Shown here piece after piece: positions 19,798 to 28,836 of a stretch of 64,000 nt of DNA. How positions within the stretch are numbered: position 1 is the stretch's first letter; each line of letters starts with the position of its first letter. Source of the stretch: an uncultured Actinomycetes bacterium (GTDB lineage: Bacteria; Actinomycetota; UBA4738; JBBDTT01); the NCBI GenBank assembly GCA_963742735.1, contig CAVUMN010000003.1:352001-416000 (forward strand), read 5' to 3'. A program made the translations under genes and the position numbers. Below the pieces are notes generated by a model. That model did not search any database. It was not told the DNA's origin and saw only the letters and a list, made by a program, of their open reading frames with translations.

Positions 19798-20454
19798 CTA
19801 CTCCTCGAGTCGGTTCCTCCCGGTCAGCTTCCACGCGGCCGGGAGGATGCCGGCGGCGAGCAACAGCTTGAAGAGGTCCCCGATGACGAACGGATACAGG
19901 CCGAGCTGGAGCGCGTCACACCCGCCCAACCCCACGCCCGTGTCGCACACCGCCGCGTTTCCGATGACGGGGACGTCGATGGCCGCCGACAGCCAGAGCA
20001 AGCCGGGGATGTAGAGCACCACCGCGCCGATGAGCATCATGGCGATCGAGCCCTGCAGCGTCCGGTCCCAGCCGCGCTTGGCCAGCCACCCGACGATCAC
20101 CGCGGAGAGGAGGAACCCCCACAGGTATCCGGCCGACGCGAAGGTGGCGTCCGGCGAGAACAGCTGATCGAAGGAGGCGCTCCGCCCCTCGGCGAAGAAC
20201 GGCAGGCTGAGCAGGCTGCCCTCCACCAGGTAGAGCGCCAGTGACAACCCGGCCAGCAGCGGTCCGAGCGCCGCTCCCACGACGAGCACCCCGAGCGTCT
20301 GAGCGCTGATCGGAACGGGCGTGAACGGAAGCTTGAGGCTGATCTGGGCCAGCCCGGCAACCAGAAGCGAGCCGGCGACCACCAGTGCCACGTCAACGGC
20401 GATCCGGCTGGCTGCCTGCCTCGGGCGGGCGATCGAATGCGCGAGTGCGGTCAC
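19798..20454 (-). CDS. bioY: Biotin transporter BioY
   Basis: LPFTPVPISAQTLGV, SAGYLWGF, GLYPFVIGDLFK. Confidence 0.92.
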   Translation of the reverse strand: MTALAHSIARPRQAASRIAVDVALVVAGSLLVAGLAQISLKLPFTPVPISAQTLGVLVVGAALGPLLAGLSLALYLVEGSLLSLPFFAEGRSASFDQLFSPDATFASAGYLWGFLLSAVIVGWLAKRGWDRTLQGSIAMMLIGAVVLYIPGLLWLSAAIDVPVIGNAAVCDTGVGLGGCDALQLGLYPFVIGDLFKLLLAAGILPAAWKLTGRNRLEE

Positions 20455-20543
20455 GAGCGGTCCTCCCCTTGATCCGGTGGGCCACTTGTAGACGAGCGAG
20501 GCTTCCGGTGCAAGCAGGGAACCCCGCGTAGCATCGGCGTGCG

Positions 20544-21983
20544 ATGTCGTTCTTCCACGAGCTGATCGGGATGCGGACGGGGCTGTCGCCGGCCGCCATG
20601 GACCACCTCACCCGTCTGGTGAGCGAGTGGCAGCTGCTCGCCGACCTGGCCTTCTCGGACCTTCTGCTGATGGGCCGGGAGCGGGAGACGGGTGACTTCG
20701 TGGTCCTCGGTCAGATGCGCCCGTACACCGGCCAGACGCTCTACCAGGACGACCAGGTGGGCTCCGTGTTCGGTCCCACGGAGATCCCGGCGGTCGCCAA
20801 GGCGTTCGAGGAGGAACGCATCGTTCGGGAGGGCGATCCGGTGTGGCGCAGCGGGGTCCCGGTGCGGATCGAGGCGGTCCCCGTGAGGTTCCAGGGGGTG
20901 GTGATCGCCGTCGTGAGCCAGGAGGCGAACCTGGCCACCGCCCGCACGCCCAGCCAGCTGGAGCTGACGTACCTGCGGGCGGCCGGAGACCTGGCGCGGA
21001 TGATCACCGAGGGAACGTTCCCGTACCCGGCCTCGGAGCCGGACCCGGAGTCCTCGCCGCGGGTCGGCGACGGGCTGCTCCGGCTGGATGCCGCCGGCGT
21101 GGTCGGTTACGCGAGCCCCAACGCCGTGTCGGCGTACCGGCGCCTCGGCGTGACCGAGAACATCCTGGATCGACCCCTGGCCGAGACCGACCCCGGACCC
21201 GAGGACGTCCTGCTCGCGCTCTCGAGCCGGCGCCCGCGAGAGAGCGAGATCGAACGGCGGGGGGCGGTCATCCTGCGGCGGGTGATCCCCATCGTGGTGG
21301 GGGCGAAGGTCACGGGCGCCCTGGTGCTCATCCGCGACGTCACGGACCTGCGTCGCCGTGACCGCATGCTCCTGCTGAAGGACGCCACCATCCGCGAGAT
21401 CCACCACCGGGTGAAGAACAACCTGCAGACCGTCGCGAGCCTGCTTCGGATCCAGGGCCGCCGGCTGACCTCCGAGGAGGCGAAGTCCGCCCTCGCCGAG
21501 AGCGAACGAAGGATCCGATCGATCGCGGTCGTGCACGAGACCCTCTCCCAGGACGAGGGCGACGCGGTGGACTTCGACCGCGTGGCCGAGCGGGTGGTCC
21601 GGATGGTCGAGGAGGGGCTCGCGGCCCCGGGAGTGACGATCACGCTCGAGGGGTCGTGGGGGGAGATCCCCGCGGAGATCGCCACCCCGATCTCGGTGGC
21701 CATCGCCGAACTGCTCCAGAACAGCGTGGACCACGCGTTCGACGGGCAGAGCGGGACCGTGGCCGTTCGGCTCGAGCGCCGGAACGGCGTGGCGACGGTG
21801 GAGGTCACCGACGACGGCGACGGTTTGCCCGACGGGTTCGCGCTCGAGGACCACACGGGCCTCGGACTGTCGATCGTCCGCACGCTGGTCGAGGGCGACC
21901 TGGGCGGCAAGATCGCGATGGACTCCGACGGGGGGACGCGGGTGCGGCTGACGGTCCCGCTCGCCGAGCGGCCCGGCCCCTAG
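20544..21983 (+). CDS. pdtaS: Cytoplasmic sensor histidine kinase PdtaS (GAF-PAS-HisKA_2)
   Basis: WQLLADLAFSDLLL, KDATIREIHHRVKNNLQTV, ELLQNSVDHA, TGLGLSIV. Confidence 0.93.
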   Translation: MSFFHELIGMRTGLSPAAMDHLTRLVSEWQLLADLAFSDLLLMGRERETGDFVVLGQMRPYTGQTLYQDDQVGSVFGPTEIPAVAKAFEEERIVREGDPVWRSGVPVRIEAVPVRFQGVVIAVVSQEANLATARTPSQLELTYLRAAGDLARMITEGTFPYPASEPDPESSPRVGDGLLRLDAAGVVGYASPNAVSAYRRLGVTENILDRPLAETDPGPEDVLLALSSRRPRESEIERRGAVILRRVIPIVVGAKVTGALVLIRDVTDLRRRDRMLLLKDATIREIHHRVKNNLQTVASLLRIQGRRLTSEEAKSALAESERRIRSIAVVHETLSQDEGDAVDFDRVAERVVRMVEEGLAAPGVTITLEGSWGEIPAEIATPISVAIAELLQNSVDHAFDGQSGTVAVRLERRNGVATVEVTDDGDGLPDGFALEDHTGLGLSIVRTLVEGDLGGKIAMDSDGGTRVRLTVPLAERPGP

Positions 21984-22123
21984 GGGCGCAGGGCGACTGC
22001 GAGCGCGGCCACCAGCAGGATCAGGGCCGACACGCCGACCGCGAGCCACCTCCGGCTGGAGGGATACGCCTCGTCGGACGTGCCCACCGGAGGATGGAAC
22101 GGGTGGGGCGTCGGCCGCTTCAT
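21980..22123 (-). CDS. Putative 47-aa single-TM microprotein
   Basis: MKRPTPHPF...RRWLAVGVSALILLVAALAVALRP; ATG 4 nt after the whiB stop. Confidence 0.5.
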   Translation of the reverse strand: MKRPTPHPFHPPVGTSDEAYPSSRRWLAVGVSALILLVAALAVALRP

Positions 22124-22127
22124 GCGA

Positions 22128-22394
22128 TCAGCCCGCGACGGCGAGCCGCCGGGCCGCCGCCTCGCGCTTGCGGGCCCGCCGGAGCGCCTTGCGTTCGTCC
22201 TCGGAGGTCGCGCCCCACACCCCGGCGTCCTGACCCGTCGCGATCGCCCACTCCAGGCAGTCGGCGCGCACCTCGCATCGCATGCAGATGGAGCGGGCCT
22301 GTTCGATCTGCACGGCCGCGGGTCCGGTGCTGCCGATGGGGAAGAAGAGCTCGGGGTCCTCGTCCTTGCAGCGCGCCCGGTGTACCCAGTCCAA
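22128..22394 (-). CDS. whiB1: WhiB family Fe-S transcription factor (WhiB1/WblE-like)
   Basis: DWVHRARCKDEDPELFFPIG..C..C....C, GQDAGVWG..SEDER; SD GGAGGGG before TTG. Confidence 0.93.
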   Translation of the reverse strand: MDWVHRARCKDEDPELFFPIGSTGPAAVQIEQARSICMRCEVRADCLEWAIATGQDAGVWGATSEDERKALRRARKREAAARRLAVAG

Positions 22395-22500
22395 CGGCCC
22401 ATCCCCCTCCGTGCGAAGACGCGCGGGAGCGCGTGCAGCATCGACGCTGGCAGAGCGGACGGGGCCTCGTGGCGGGCGCCCCTCCCCTCGAAGGGGCCGA

Positions 22501-22529
22501 AGTATATTGACGGCCCTTTTCCCCGTCTA
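22501..22529 (-). promoter_or_regulatory. Sigma70-type promoter for whiB1
   Basis: Minus strand TAGACG-N17-TATACT about 100 nt upstream of the start. Confidence 0.55.
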
Positions 22530-22567
22530 CGGTCTGGGGCCGAATTACGAACGAGAAATTTCCCATC

Positions 22568-23308
22568 GTGGTCGCGCACCGCGGCGCGTCGGCAGACCAC
22601 CCGGAGAACACGCTGCGCGCCTTCGAGGCGGCGGTCGAGGCGCGGGCGGAGGCCCTCGAGCTCGATGTCCGCCTCACCGCCGACGGGGTCCCCGTCGTCC
22701 TGCACGACTCCGAGGTCGGGGTGGTCACGGACGGGGCCGGAGCGCTCCACACGCTGTCCCTGGCCCAGGTGAAGCGCCTGCGCGTCGGGGGAGAGGAGGT
22801 CCCGACGCTCGACGAGGTCCTCGAGCTGGCGTCCGGGCGGATCGGCGTGGACCTGGAGATCAAGAACCTCCCGGGGGAGGAGTCGTTCGACTCGCCGCGA
22901 GAGGCGATCGTGGAGGCCGTCGCCGAGGCGCTCGAGCGCACGGGGTTCTCCGGACGGCTCCTGATCTCGTCGTTCAACTGGCTCTCGATCGAGCGCGCGC
23001 GGGAGCTGATGCCCGGCGCGGAGACCGGGTTCATCACGATCTCGGCGATCGACCCGCGCGCCGCGCTCGTCTACGCGCGCGCCCGGGGGCACGACTTCGT
23101 GCTCCCCAACGTCGAGTCCCTCCTCGCGGCGGGAGAGACCTTCGTGGCCGAGGCCCACGCGGAGGGGGTCCTCGTGGGGACGTGGACGGTCGACGAGGAG
23201 GACCGGCTGGCCACGTTGTTCGGATGGGGGGTCGACGCGGTCGCGTCGAACGTGCCGGCGGTGGCCGTCCGCGTGCGAGACGCCGGCGCCGCGGCCGCTC
23301 GCGGCTAG
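22568..23308 (+). CDS. Glycerophosphodiester phosphodiesterase
   Basis: AHRGAS..PENTLRAF, ELDVRLTADGVPVVLHD, LEIK, ISSFN, WTVD. Confidence 0.93.
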   Translation: MVAHRGASADHPENTLRAFEAAVEARAEALELDVRLTADGVPVVLHDSEVGVVTDGAGALHTLSLAQVKRLRVGGEEVPTLDEVLELASGRIGVDLEIKNLPGEESFDSPREAIVEAVAEALERTGFSGRLLISSFNWLSIERARELMPGAETGFITISAIDPRAALVYARARGHDFVLPNVESLLAAGETFVAEAHAEGVLVGTWTVDEEDRLATLFGWGVDAVASNVPAVAVRVRDAGAAAARG

Positions 23309-24216
23309 GCGATCACCGAGAGCGCGTCCGGCACGACCTCGAGCTCCAGCCGGGTTCTCTCACCGATGTACTCCCCGTCCATCTGCACGGGCAGGGGCCG
23401 GTCGGACTCGATCACGATCCGGGGCTGGTCGCGCAGGTACACGGCGTGGCGGCCGCGGATGTGGCGGCCGGAGGACAGCGCCTGCAGGAGCGAGCGCAGC
23501 ACCGTTCGGACCTTCATCGAGTCCAGCGCGAACAGGTCCAGGCCACCGTCGAGGTCCACGTCGGGGCACACCCGGAACTCCCGCTCGCGCAGGTAGGTGA
23601 AGGGGTTCGCCTTCTGGCTGATCGCGATGTACAGGCCCGCTCGCTCCTGCTCGAGGTCGGCGCCCCACAGGACGCGGAGGTGGGGGCGGCGGCGATCGTA
23701 GCGGCGCAGGGCGAGGATCCCCGACCACAGGTAGAACATCTCGCCTCCCGCCTTCTTGAGGCGCTGGCGGCGCTCGACGGTGCGCACGATCGCCCCGTCG
23801 AAGCCGATCCCGCACGTGAAGACGAAGTACCGGCCGTCGGCCCGTCCGAGGGGGATCCGCCGGGGCTCGCCGTGGCCGGCCTCCAGGATGATCGAGGACG
23901 CCTCGAGCAGGTCCTCGGGGATCCCCAGCCCGCGGGCGAAGACGTTCGTCCCGCCGCCCGGGAGGATCCCCAGCGGCACCCGGGAGCCCGCCAGCCCGTT
24001 GGCGACCTCGTTCAGGGTCCCGTCGCCCCCCATGGCCACCACCACGTCGAACCCCTCGTGCACCGCTCCTCGGGCGACGTGCGTGGCGTGGCCCGACCGC
24101 TTCGTCTCGGCGACCTGGACCTTGTACTCCGAGGCCAGGGCCTTCGAGATGACCTCGAGCCGCTTTCGGCTGAACGACCGGGCGCCGGCGTTGGCGATCA
24201 GCAGGAGACGCGACAT
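23305..24216 (-). CDS. Diacylglycerol/lipid kinase family protein (Rv3218-like)
   Basis: GGDGTLNEVANG, PGGGTNVFAR, GIGFDG, QMDGE. Confidence 0.92.
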   Translation of the reverse strand: MSRLLLIANAGARSFSRKRLEVISKALASEYKVQVAETKRSGHATHVARGAVHEGFDVVVAMGGDGTLNEVANGLAGSRVPLGILPGGGTNVFARGLGIPEDLLEASSIILEAGHGEPRRIPLGRADGRYFVFTCGIGFDGAIVRTVERRQRLKKAGGEMFYLWSGILALRRYDRRRPHLRVLWGADLEQERAGLYIAISQKANPFTYLREREFRVCPDVDLDGGLDLFALDSMKVRTVLRSLLQALSSGRHIRGRHAVYLRDQPRIVIESDRPLPVQMDGEYIGERTRLELEVVPDALSVIA

Positions 24217-24224
24217 CGCGAGGG

Positions 24225-24977
24225 CTACAGGGGGCTGAGGCCCTCGCGAAGCTGGGCGAGGGTCTTGGCCAACAGCCTGGAGACGTGCATCTGCGAGATC
24301 CCGAGCTGGTCGGCGATCTGACTCTGGGTGAGCCCCTTGAAGAAGCGCAGGTAGAGCATGTGCCGCTCGCGGGGCGGGAGCTCCTCCAGGAGCGGGGTCA
24401 GGCTCGCCCGGTACTCGAGCGTCTCGAGGGTGTCGTCCTCCTCGCCGAGCTGCTCGTGGAACGAGGGGCCGTCCTCCCCGGTCGCGGCGTCGAGGGAGAT
24501 CAGGCTGTAGGCGTGGGCGGAGTCCATCGCCTCGAGGATCTCGTCCTCCGTCGTGTCCGCGGCCTTGGCGATCTCCGCGACGGTCGGCGAACGTCCGAGC
24601 TCCTGGGAGAGCGCCCCCATGACCTTGGACAGCTGCAGGTTCAGCTCCTGGAGCCGGCGGGGGACGCGGACGGCCCATCCCTTGTCGCGGAAGTGGCGCT
24701 TGAGCTCGCCGACGATGGTTGGGGTCGCGTAGGTCGAGAACTCCACGTCGCGGCCGGGGTCGAATCGGTCGACGGCCTTCAGCAGGCCGATGGTCCCCAC
24801 CTGGATCAGGTCGTCGAGCAGCTCGCCTCGTCCGGAGAACCTCCGCGCCAGGTACTCGACCAGGCCGAGGTGGAGCTCGATGAGCTCGTCCCGGATGCTG
24901 GGATCGGTCGATTCCTGGAGCTTGAGGAACAGCTCCTTGACGTGGGCCTTGTCGGGGACTCCTCGCCGCTCGTTCAT
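24225..24977 (-). CDS. SigB/SigF/SigG-family RNA polymerase sigma factor
   Basis: DDLIQVGTIGLLKAVDRFDP, YATPTIVGELKRHFRD, TQSQIADQLGISQMHVSRLL. Confidence 0.95.
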   Translation of the reverse strand: MNERRGVPDKAHVKELFLKLQESTDPSIRDELIELHLGLVEYLARRFSGRGELLDDLIQVGTIGLLKAVDRFDPGRDVEFSTYATPTIVGELKRHFRDKGWAVRVPRRLQELNLQLSKVMGALSQELGRSPTVAEIAKAADTTEDEILEAMDSAHAYSLISLDAATGEDGPSFHEQLGEEDDTLETLEYRASLTPLLEELPPRERHMLYLRFFKGLTQSQIADQLGISQMHVSRLLAKTLAQLREGLSPL

Positions 24978-25348
24978 GCGCCGGCCCGCTGCACCTCCAC
25001 CTGAACGCGATAGCCCGCCGGGTCCTGGACGATGTCGAAGCGGTCCACGAGCGCCTCGAGGATCATCCGGGACATCGGATTGAGGAACTCGCGGTCCTGG
25101 CGGAGGGTGCCCTCGGCGTGGGCCTCGAAGGAGAGCTGGCCGTCCTCGACGGTGAACCGCAGCACGAGCGCCTGGGGGGCCTCGGTGGTCGCGAGCAGGC
25201 GCGAGCACACCTCGTCGATGGCGATGTGCAGGTCCATGATCTGGTCGTACGTGAAGTCGAGGCGCGCGCCCAGGCCGCCGGCCAGGGCGCGGGCGAGCCC
25301 GACGAACGGGGTGGCGGGCGGGATGCGGATCTCGACGTGGTCGCTCAC
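24974..25348 (-). CDS. Anti-sigma factor, RsbW/UsfX-like
   Basis: VEIRIP...LGARLDFTYDQIMDLHIAIDEVC, ILEALVD; ATGA overlap with the sigma gene. Confidence 0.85.
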   Translation of the reverse strand: MSDHVEIRIPPATPFVGLARALAGGLGARLDFTYDQIMDLHIAIDEVCSRLLATTEAPQALVLRFTVEDGQLSFEAHAEGTLRQDREFLNPMSRMILEALVDRFDIVQDPAGYRVQVEVQRAGA

Positions 25349-25415
25349 GGACGCCCATCCTACCCATGGGCTTGCCCGCCCATTCCCGTGGCCTCGCTGT
25401 GCGAGCATCGCCGGC

Positions 25416-25820
25416 ATGGCCCGACGCCGCCGCGATCTCCCCGCCGAGCTGCGAGCGCCCTACCGGGCGTTCGCCGAGGTCGCGGCGCGCCTGGAGCGTG
25501 CGAAGGAGGACCTGCTCCGGGCGATCCCGGGCGCGCGAGCCCCCGGCGTGCCCCTCGCGGAGGCCCTCCTGGCCTACCGAGATGGGCTCGTCGCCGCCGA
25601 CGCGGGCATGGCCGGGTGGCGGGCTCCGGAGGTCGAGGCCGAGTGGAGCGCCTGCATACGGGGCGTCGGCGCGGCGCTCGCCGCGGAGGAGGCCGTCCGG
25701 CTGGGAGGCGGCGCGTTCGCCCACGACGTGCTGCTGTTCACCCTTCAGGATCTGATCGCACCCCTGGAGCCGTTCGAGGACGCCGTCCGTCGGTTCCGGG
25801 AGCTCCGGACCGGCTGGTAG
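25416..25820 (+). CDS. Hypothetical helical protein
   Basis: ORF MARRRRDLPAELRAPY... fills the gap between rsbW and gabT. Confidence 0.65.
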   Translation: MARRRRDLPAELRAPYRAFAEVAARLERAKEDLLRAIPGARAPGVPLAEALLAYRDGLVAADAGMAGWRAPEVEAEWSACIRGVGAALAAEEAVRLGGGAFAHDVLLFTLQDLIAPLEPFEDAVRRFRELRTGW

Positions 25821-25825
25821 CCTCA

Positions 25826-25850
25826 GCCCGTCTGGATGCCCGTCTGGATG
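25826..25850 (+). repeat. Perfect 12-bp tandem repeat (GCCCGTCTGGAT)x2 just upstream of the gabT SD
   Basis: gcccgtctggat gcccgtctggat g aaggagg. Confidence 0.85.
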
Positions 25851-25862
25851 AAGGAGGCGCGG

Positions 25863-27212
25863 GTGGGGACCATCAATCTCGTCACGGAGCTGCCGGGCCC
25901 GAAGTCTCGAGAGGTCATGGCCCGCAAGGAACGGGTGGTGGTCGACGCGCTCGACCTGCACGCTCCCGCCGTGATCGCCTCCGGCCGGGGGGCCTCGTTC
26001 ACCGACCTCGACGGCAACACATTCCTCGACCTCTCGGGCGGCCTCGGATGCCAGCTGACCGGCTACTCGCACCCGAAGGTGGTCGAGGCCGTCACCCGCC
26101 AGGCCGGGCTGTTCTCGCACACCGACTTCAGCGTCATCGCTTACGAGACGTACGTGGAGCTCGCCGAGCGGCTGGTCGCCCTGACCGGCGGCGGTGACCG
26201 CCGGGTCGCCCTGTTCAACTCCGGGGCCGAGGCCATCGAGAACGCCGTGAAGTTCGCGCGGGCGGCGACCGGTCGCCCCGGCGTGGTCGCGTTCGAGGGC
26301 GGGTTCCACGGGCGAACGCTGCTCACGATGACGATGACCAGCCGGTACAGGCCCTACAAGTCGGGGTTCGGTCCCTTCGCGCCGGAGGTCTACCGGCTGC
26401 CGTATCCGTACCCGTACCGGGACGAGGCCGGCGAGGGGGCCGGCGGACGCGCTCTCGACCGGATCCGCCACCTGTTCCGGACCCAGATCGACCCGTCGTC
26501 CATCGCCTGTGCCGTCATCGAGCCCCAGCAGGGCGAGGGCGGCTTCGTGGTGCCTCCGCCGGACTTCCTGCCGGGCCTCTCCGAGATCTGCAGCGAGCAC
26601 GGCATCGTCGTCGTCTCCGACGAGATCCAGACAGGGTGCGGCCGGACGGGACGGTTCCTCGCGGGCGAGCACTTCGGGTTCGAGCCCGACGTCGTGGTGC
26701 TGGCCAAGGCCCTCGCCGGGGGGTACCCCCTGTCGGCCGTGGTCGGCTCGGCCTCGGTCATGAACGCCCCCGGGCCCTCGGCCATCGGCGGAACCTACGT
26801 CGGCAACCCCGTGGCCTGCGCGGCCGCGAACGCGGTCCTGCAGGTCATCGAGGAGGAGGGGCTCGTCGAGCGGGCGGAGGGGATCGGCAAGGTCCTGCGA
26901 AGCCGCTGGGAGCAGATCTCCCAGGACGTCCCCGAGATCGGGGAGATCCGGGGGCTCGGGGCGATGGTCGGGGTGGAGTTCGTCACGGACCGCGAGTCAC
27001 GCGAGCCGGACGGCGACATCGTCTCTCGGCTGATGTCGGAGACGATCAAGCGCGGCGTCCTGACCGTCCCGTGCGGGCCGTACCACAACGTGCTTCGGCA
27101 CCTGGTTCCGCTGGTGATCACCGACGCCGAGCTCGACGAGGCGCTCGACGTCCTGGCGGAGTCTGCGGTCGCGGCCCGGAGCGCGGGGGTGGGCGGGGCC
27201 GATCCCGGCTAG
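25863..27212 (+). CDS. gabT: Class III aminotransferase, 4-aminobutyrate aminotransferase-like
   Basis: FNSGAEAIENAVK, GFHGRT, IEPQQGEGGF, SDEIQTGCGRTG, LAKALAGG; SD AAGGAGG. Confidence 0.88.
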   Translation: MGTINLVTELPGPKSREVMARKERVVVDALDLHAPAVIASGRGASFTDLDGNTFLDLSGGLGCQLTGYSHPKVVEAVTRQAGLFSHTDFSVIAYETYVELAERLVALTGGGDRRVALFNSGAEAIENAVKFARAATGRPGVVAFEGGFHGRTLLTMTMTSRYRPYKSGFGPFAPEVYRLPYPYPYRDEAGEGAGGRALDRIRHLFRTQIDPSSIACAVIEPQQGEGGFVVPPPDFLPGLSEICSEHGIVVVSDEIQTGCGRTGRFLAGEHFGFEPDVVVLAKALAGGYPLSAVVGSASVMNAPGPSAIGGTYVGNPVACAAANAVLQVIEEEGLVERAEGIGKVLRSRWEQISQDVPEIGEIRGLGAMVGVEFVTDRESREPDGDIVSRLMSETIKRGVLTVPCGPYHNVLRHLVPLVITDAELDEALDVLAESAVAARSAGVGGADPG

Positions 27213-28720
27213 GGGAACGGAAGCAGCTCGTTCGGCGGATCCAGCACGGTGGTGACCAGCGTGGCTGCCCGCGCGATGCCGCCCTTCGTGTTCGTGGCCG
27301 TCACCTTCACGGGGTAGTCGCCCGCGGCAGCAGGGAACGTGCCCTCCATCCCGTCCCACTCCACGTCGAGGGACGGCCCCTTCCGGGTGAAGCTCTTGAT
27401 CGGAAGCCCGGTGGTTGGCGACGTGATCGTGACCACCCAGTTCAGCGACTCGCTGCCGGTCGCCGTGTAGTGGACGGTGTCCACGCCGGGGGTGATGCCC
27501 CCCGAGGGCGTCTGCTTGACCCGCCACATCTTCGGCAGCCCCACGTCGTTCGCGCCCTGGCGGATGCCGACGAGCTGCCCGACCAGCTTGTCGCCGGGAC
27601 AGCTCGTGTATCCGGTGGCCCGGTGCGAGGTGATCAGGTTGAGGGTGACCCCGGTTCCCTCGGGGTACTTCGTGTTCGGCCCGCCGCCGGAGACCATCCA
27701 CGCCCAGCCCTTGGGAGGCAGGTGGGCGACGTCCAGCCTCCACCCCAGCGTCTTCTTGATCGAGAACGTCAGGGCGTTCGGGGCCGTCGCCGACGTGTAG
27801 ATCCCGATGGCCGCGATCGACACGGCCCCGGTGTTGAACCCCTGCTGTGCCGCCCCGATGACGTTCAGGCTGGGCCCCCCGTACCGGCCGATGAACACCT
27901 GCCCGTACTTGTCGACCAGGAAGTTGTAGGCGATGTCGCACCAGCCGTTGGTCTGGGTGTGGAAGTGGTAGATCGACCGCATGATGTCGTCGGACTCGCT
28001 CTTCAAGTAGTCGTTCTCGGTCGCGGTGTGGTGGACGAAGGCCACCTTCAGCGCGTCGGCGAAGTCCGGGCCGCAGTTGCGCAGGGACTCGTCGGCGCCC
28101 CAGCCCGCGCGGGTGATCCAGTACGGCGCGTTCGCGGTGGCCCCCGCGACCCCCGGTCCCTCCAGGGCCGCGCCGGGGACCGATCGCCAGGCCGTGGGGA
28201 CCCCGGCGGTCCCTGACGTGTTCACGAACTCGGCCCGAAGGTCCTGGATCCGGGTCCCGCGGACGAGCCCGATCCGGAAGCTGAGGCAGCGAGCGGAGCC
28301 GACCCAGAAGGGATCGGTGGCCCGCCGTGCCCCCTCCGCCTCGGCCGTGCCGGGATCCGGACCGTGGTCCGCGTGGAGCTCGAACTCGCGGCGAAGCGTG
28401 TCGGCGGTCTCCCCGGCCCGGAGGAACACGTGGGGTGAGCGGCCGGCCGCCTGCTGCCAGCTGAGGGCGACCGAGGTGAAGCGGATGCCCGCGCAGACCG
28501 TTCGTGCCGAGGTGAGGGCGTCGGCCGTGGCCCGAAGGGCCCCGGCGCCCGCCGGCCGCGCTGCGCCGGCGGCCAGCGACGAGGCGTCGACGGGGATCGA
28601 CCGGGAGATCGTCTCCGGCACGGCCTGGGCGTGGGGCGCGGGGAACCAGTCGCCGACGGCGAAGGCCGCGACGAGCAGAAGTAGAGCAAGGCCGGTGTGA
28701 CCGGTACGCGTCGTTCTCAC
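27209..28720 (-). CDS. Secreted N-acetylmuramoyl-L-alanine amidase (Amidase_2/PGRP) with C-terminal FlgD-Ig-like domain
   Basis: ITRAGWGADE, FVHHTA, GWCDIAYNFLVD, GFNTG, SHR..TSCPG; VEWDG...AGDYPV tail; signal peptide. Confidence 0.88.
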   Translation of the reverse strand: MRTTRTGHTGLALLLLVAAFAVGDWFPAPHAQAVPETISRSIPVDASSLAAGAARPAGAGALRATADALTSARTVCAGIRFTSVALSWQQAAGRSPHVFLRAGETADTLRREFELHADHGPDPGTAEAEGARRATDPFWVGSARCLSFRIGLVRGTRIQDLRAEFVNTSGTAGVPTAWRSVPGAALEGPGVAGATANAPYWITRAGWGADESLRNCGPDFADALKVAFVHHTATENDYLKSESDDIMRSIYHFHTQTNGWCDIAYNFLVDKYGQVFIGRYGGPSLNVIGAAQQGFNTGAVSIAAIGIYTSATAPNALTFSIKKTLGWRLDVAHLPPKGWAWMVSGGGPNTKYPEGTGVTLNLITSHRATGYTSCPGDKLVGQLVGIRQGANDVGLPKMWRVKQTPSGGITPGVDTVHYTATGSESLNWVVTITSPTTGLPIKSFTRKGPSLDVEWDGMEGTFPAAAGDYPVKVTATNTKGGIARAATLVTTVLDPPNELLPFP

Positions 28721-28836
28721 GGGGCTCCCGATTGTATCGGCGCGTCCCCGTTCGTCCAGGTCATCGGCACAATTCGCCGGGAAAGTTCCCTCCACCCCGG
28801 CTGTTCCCAGCGTGTCGCCGGGTTTACCCTGTCGGG

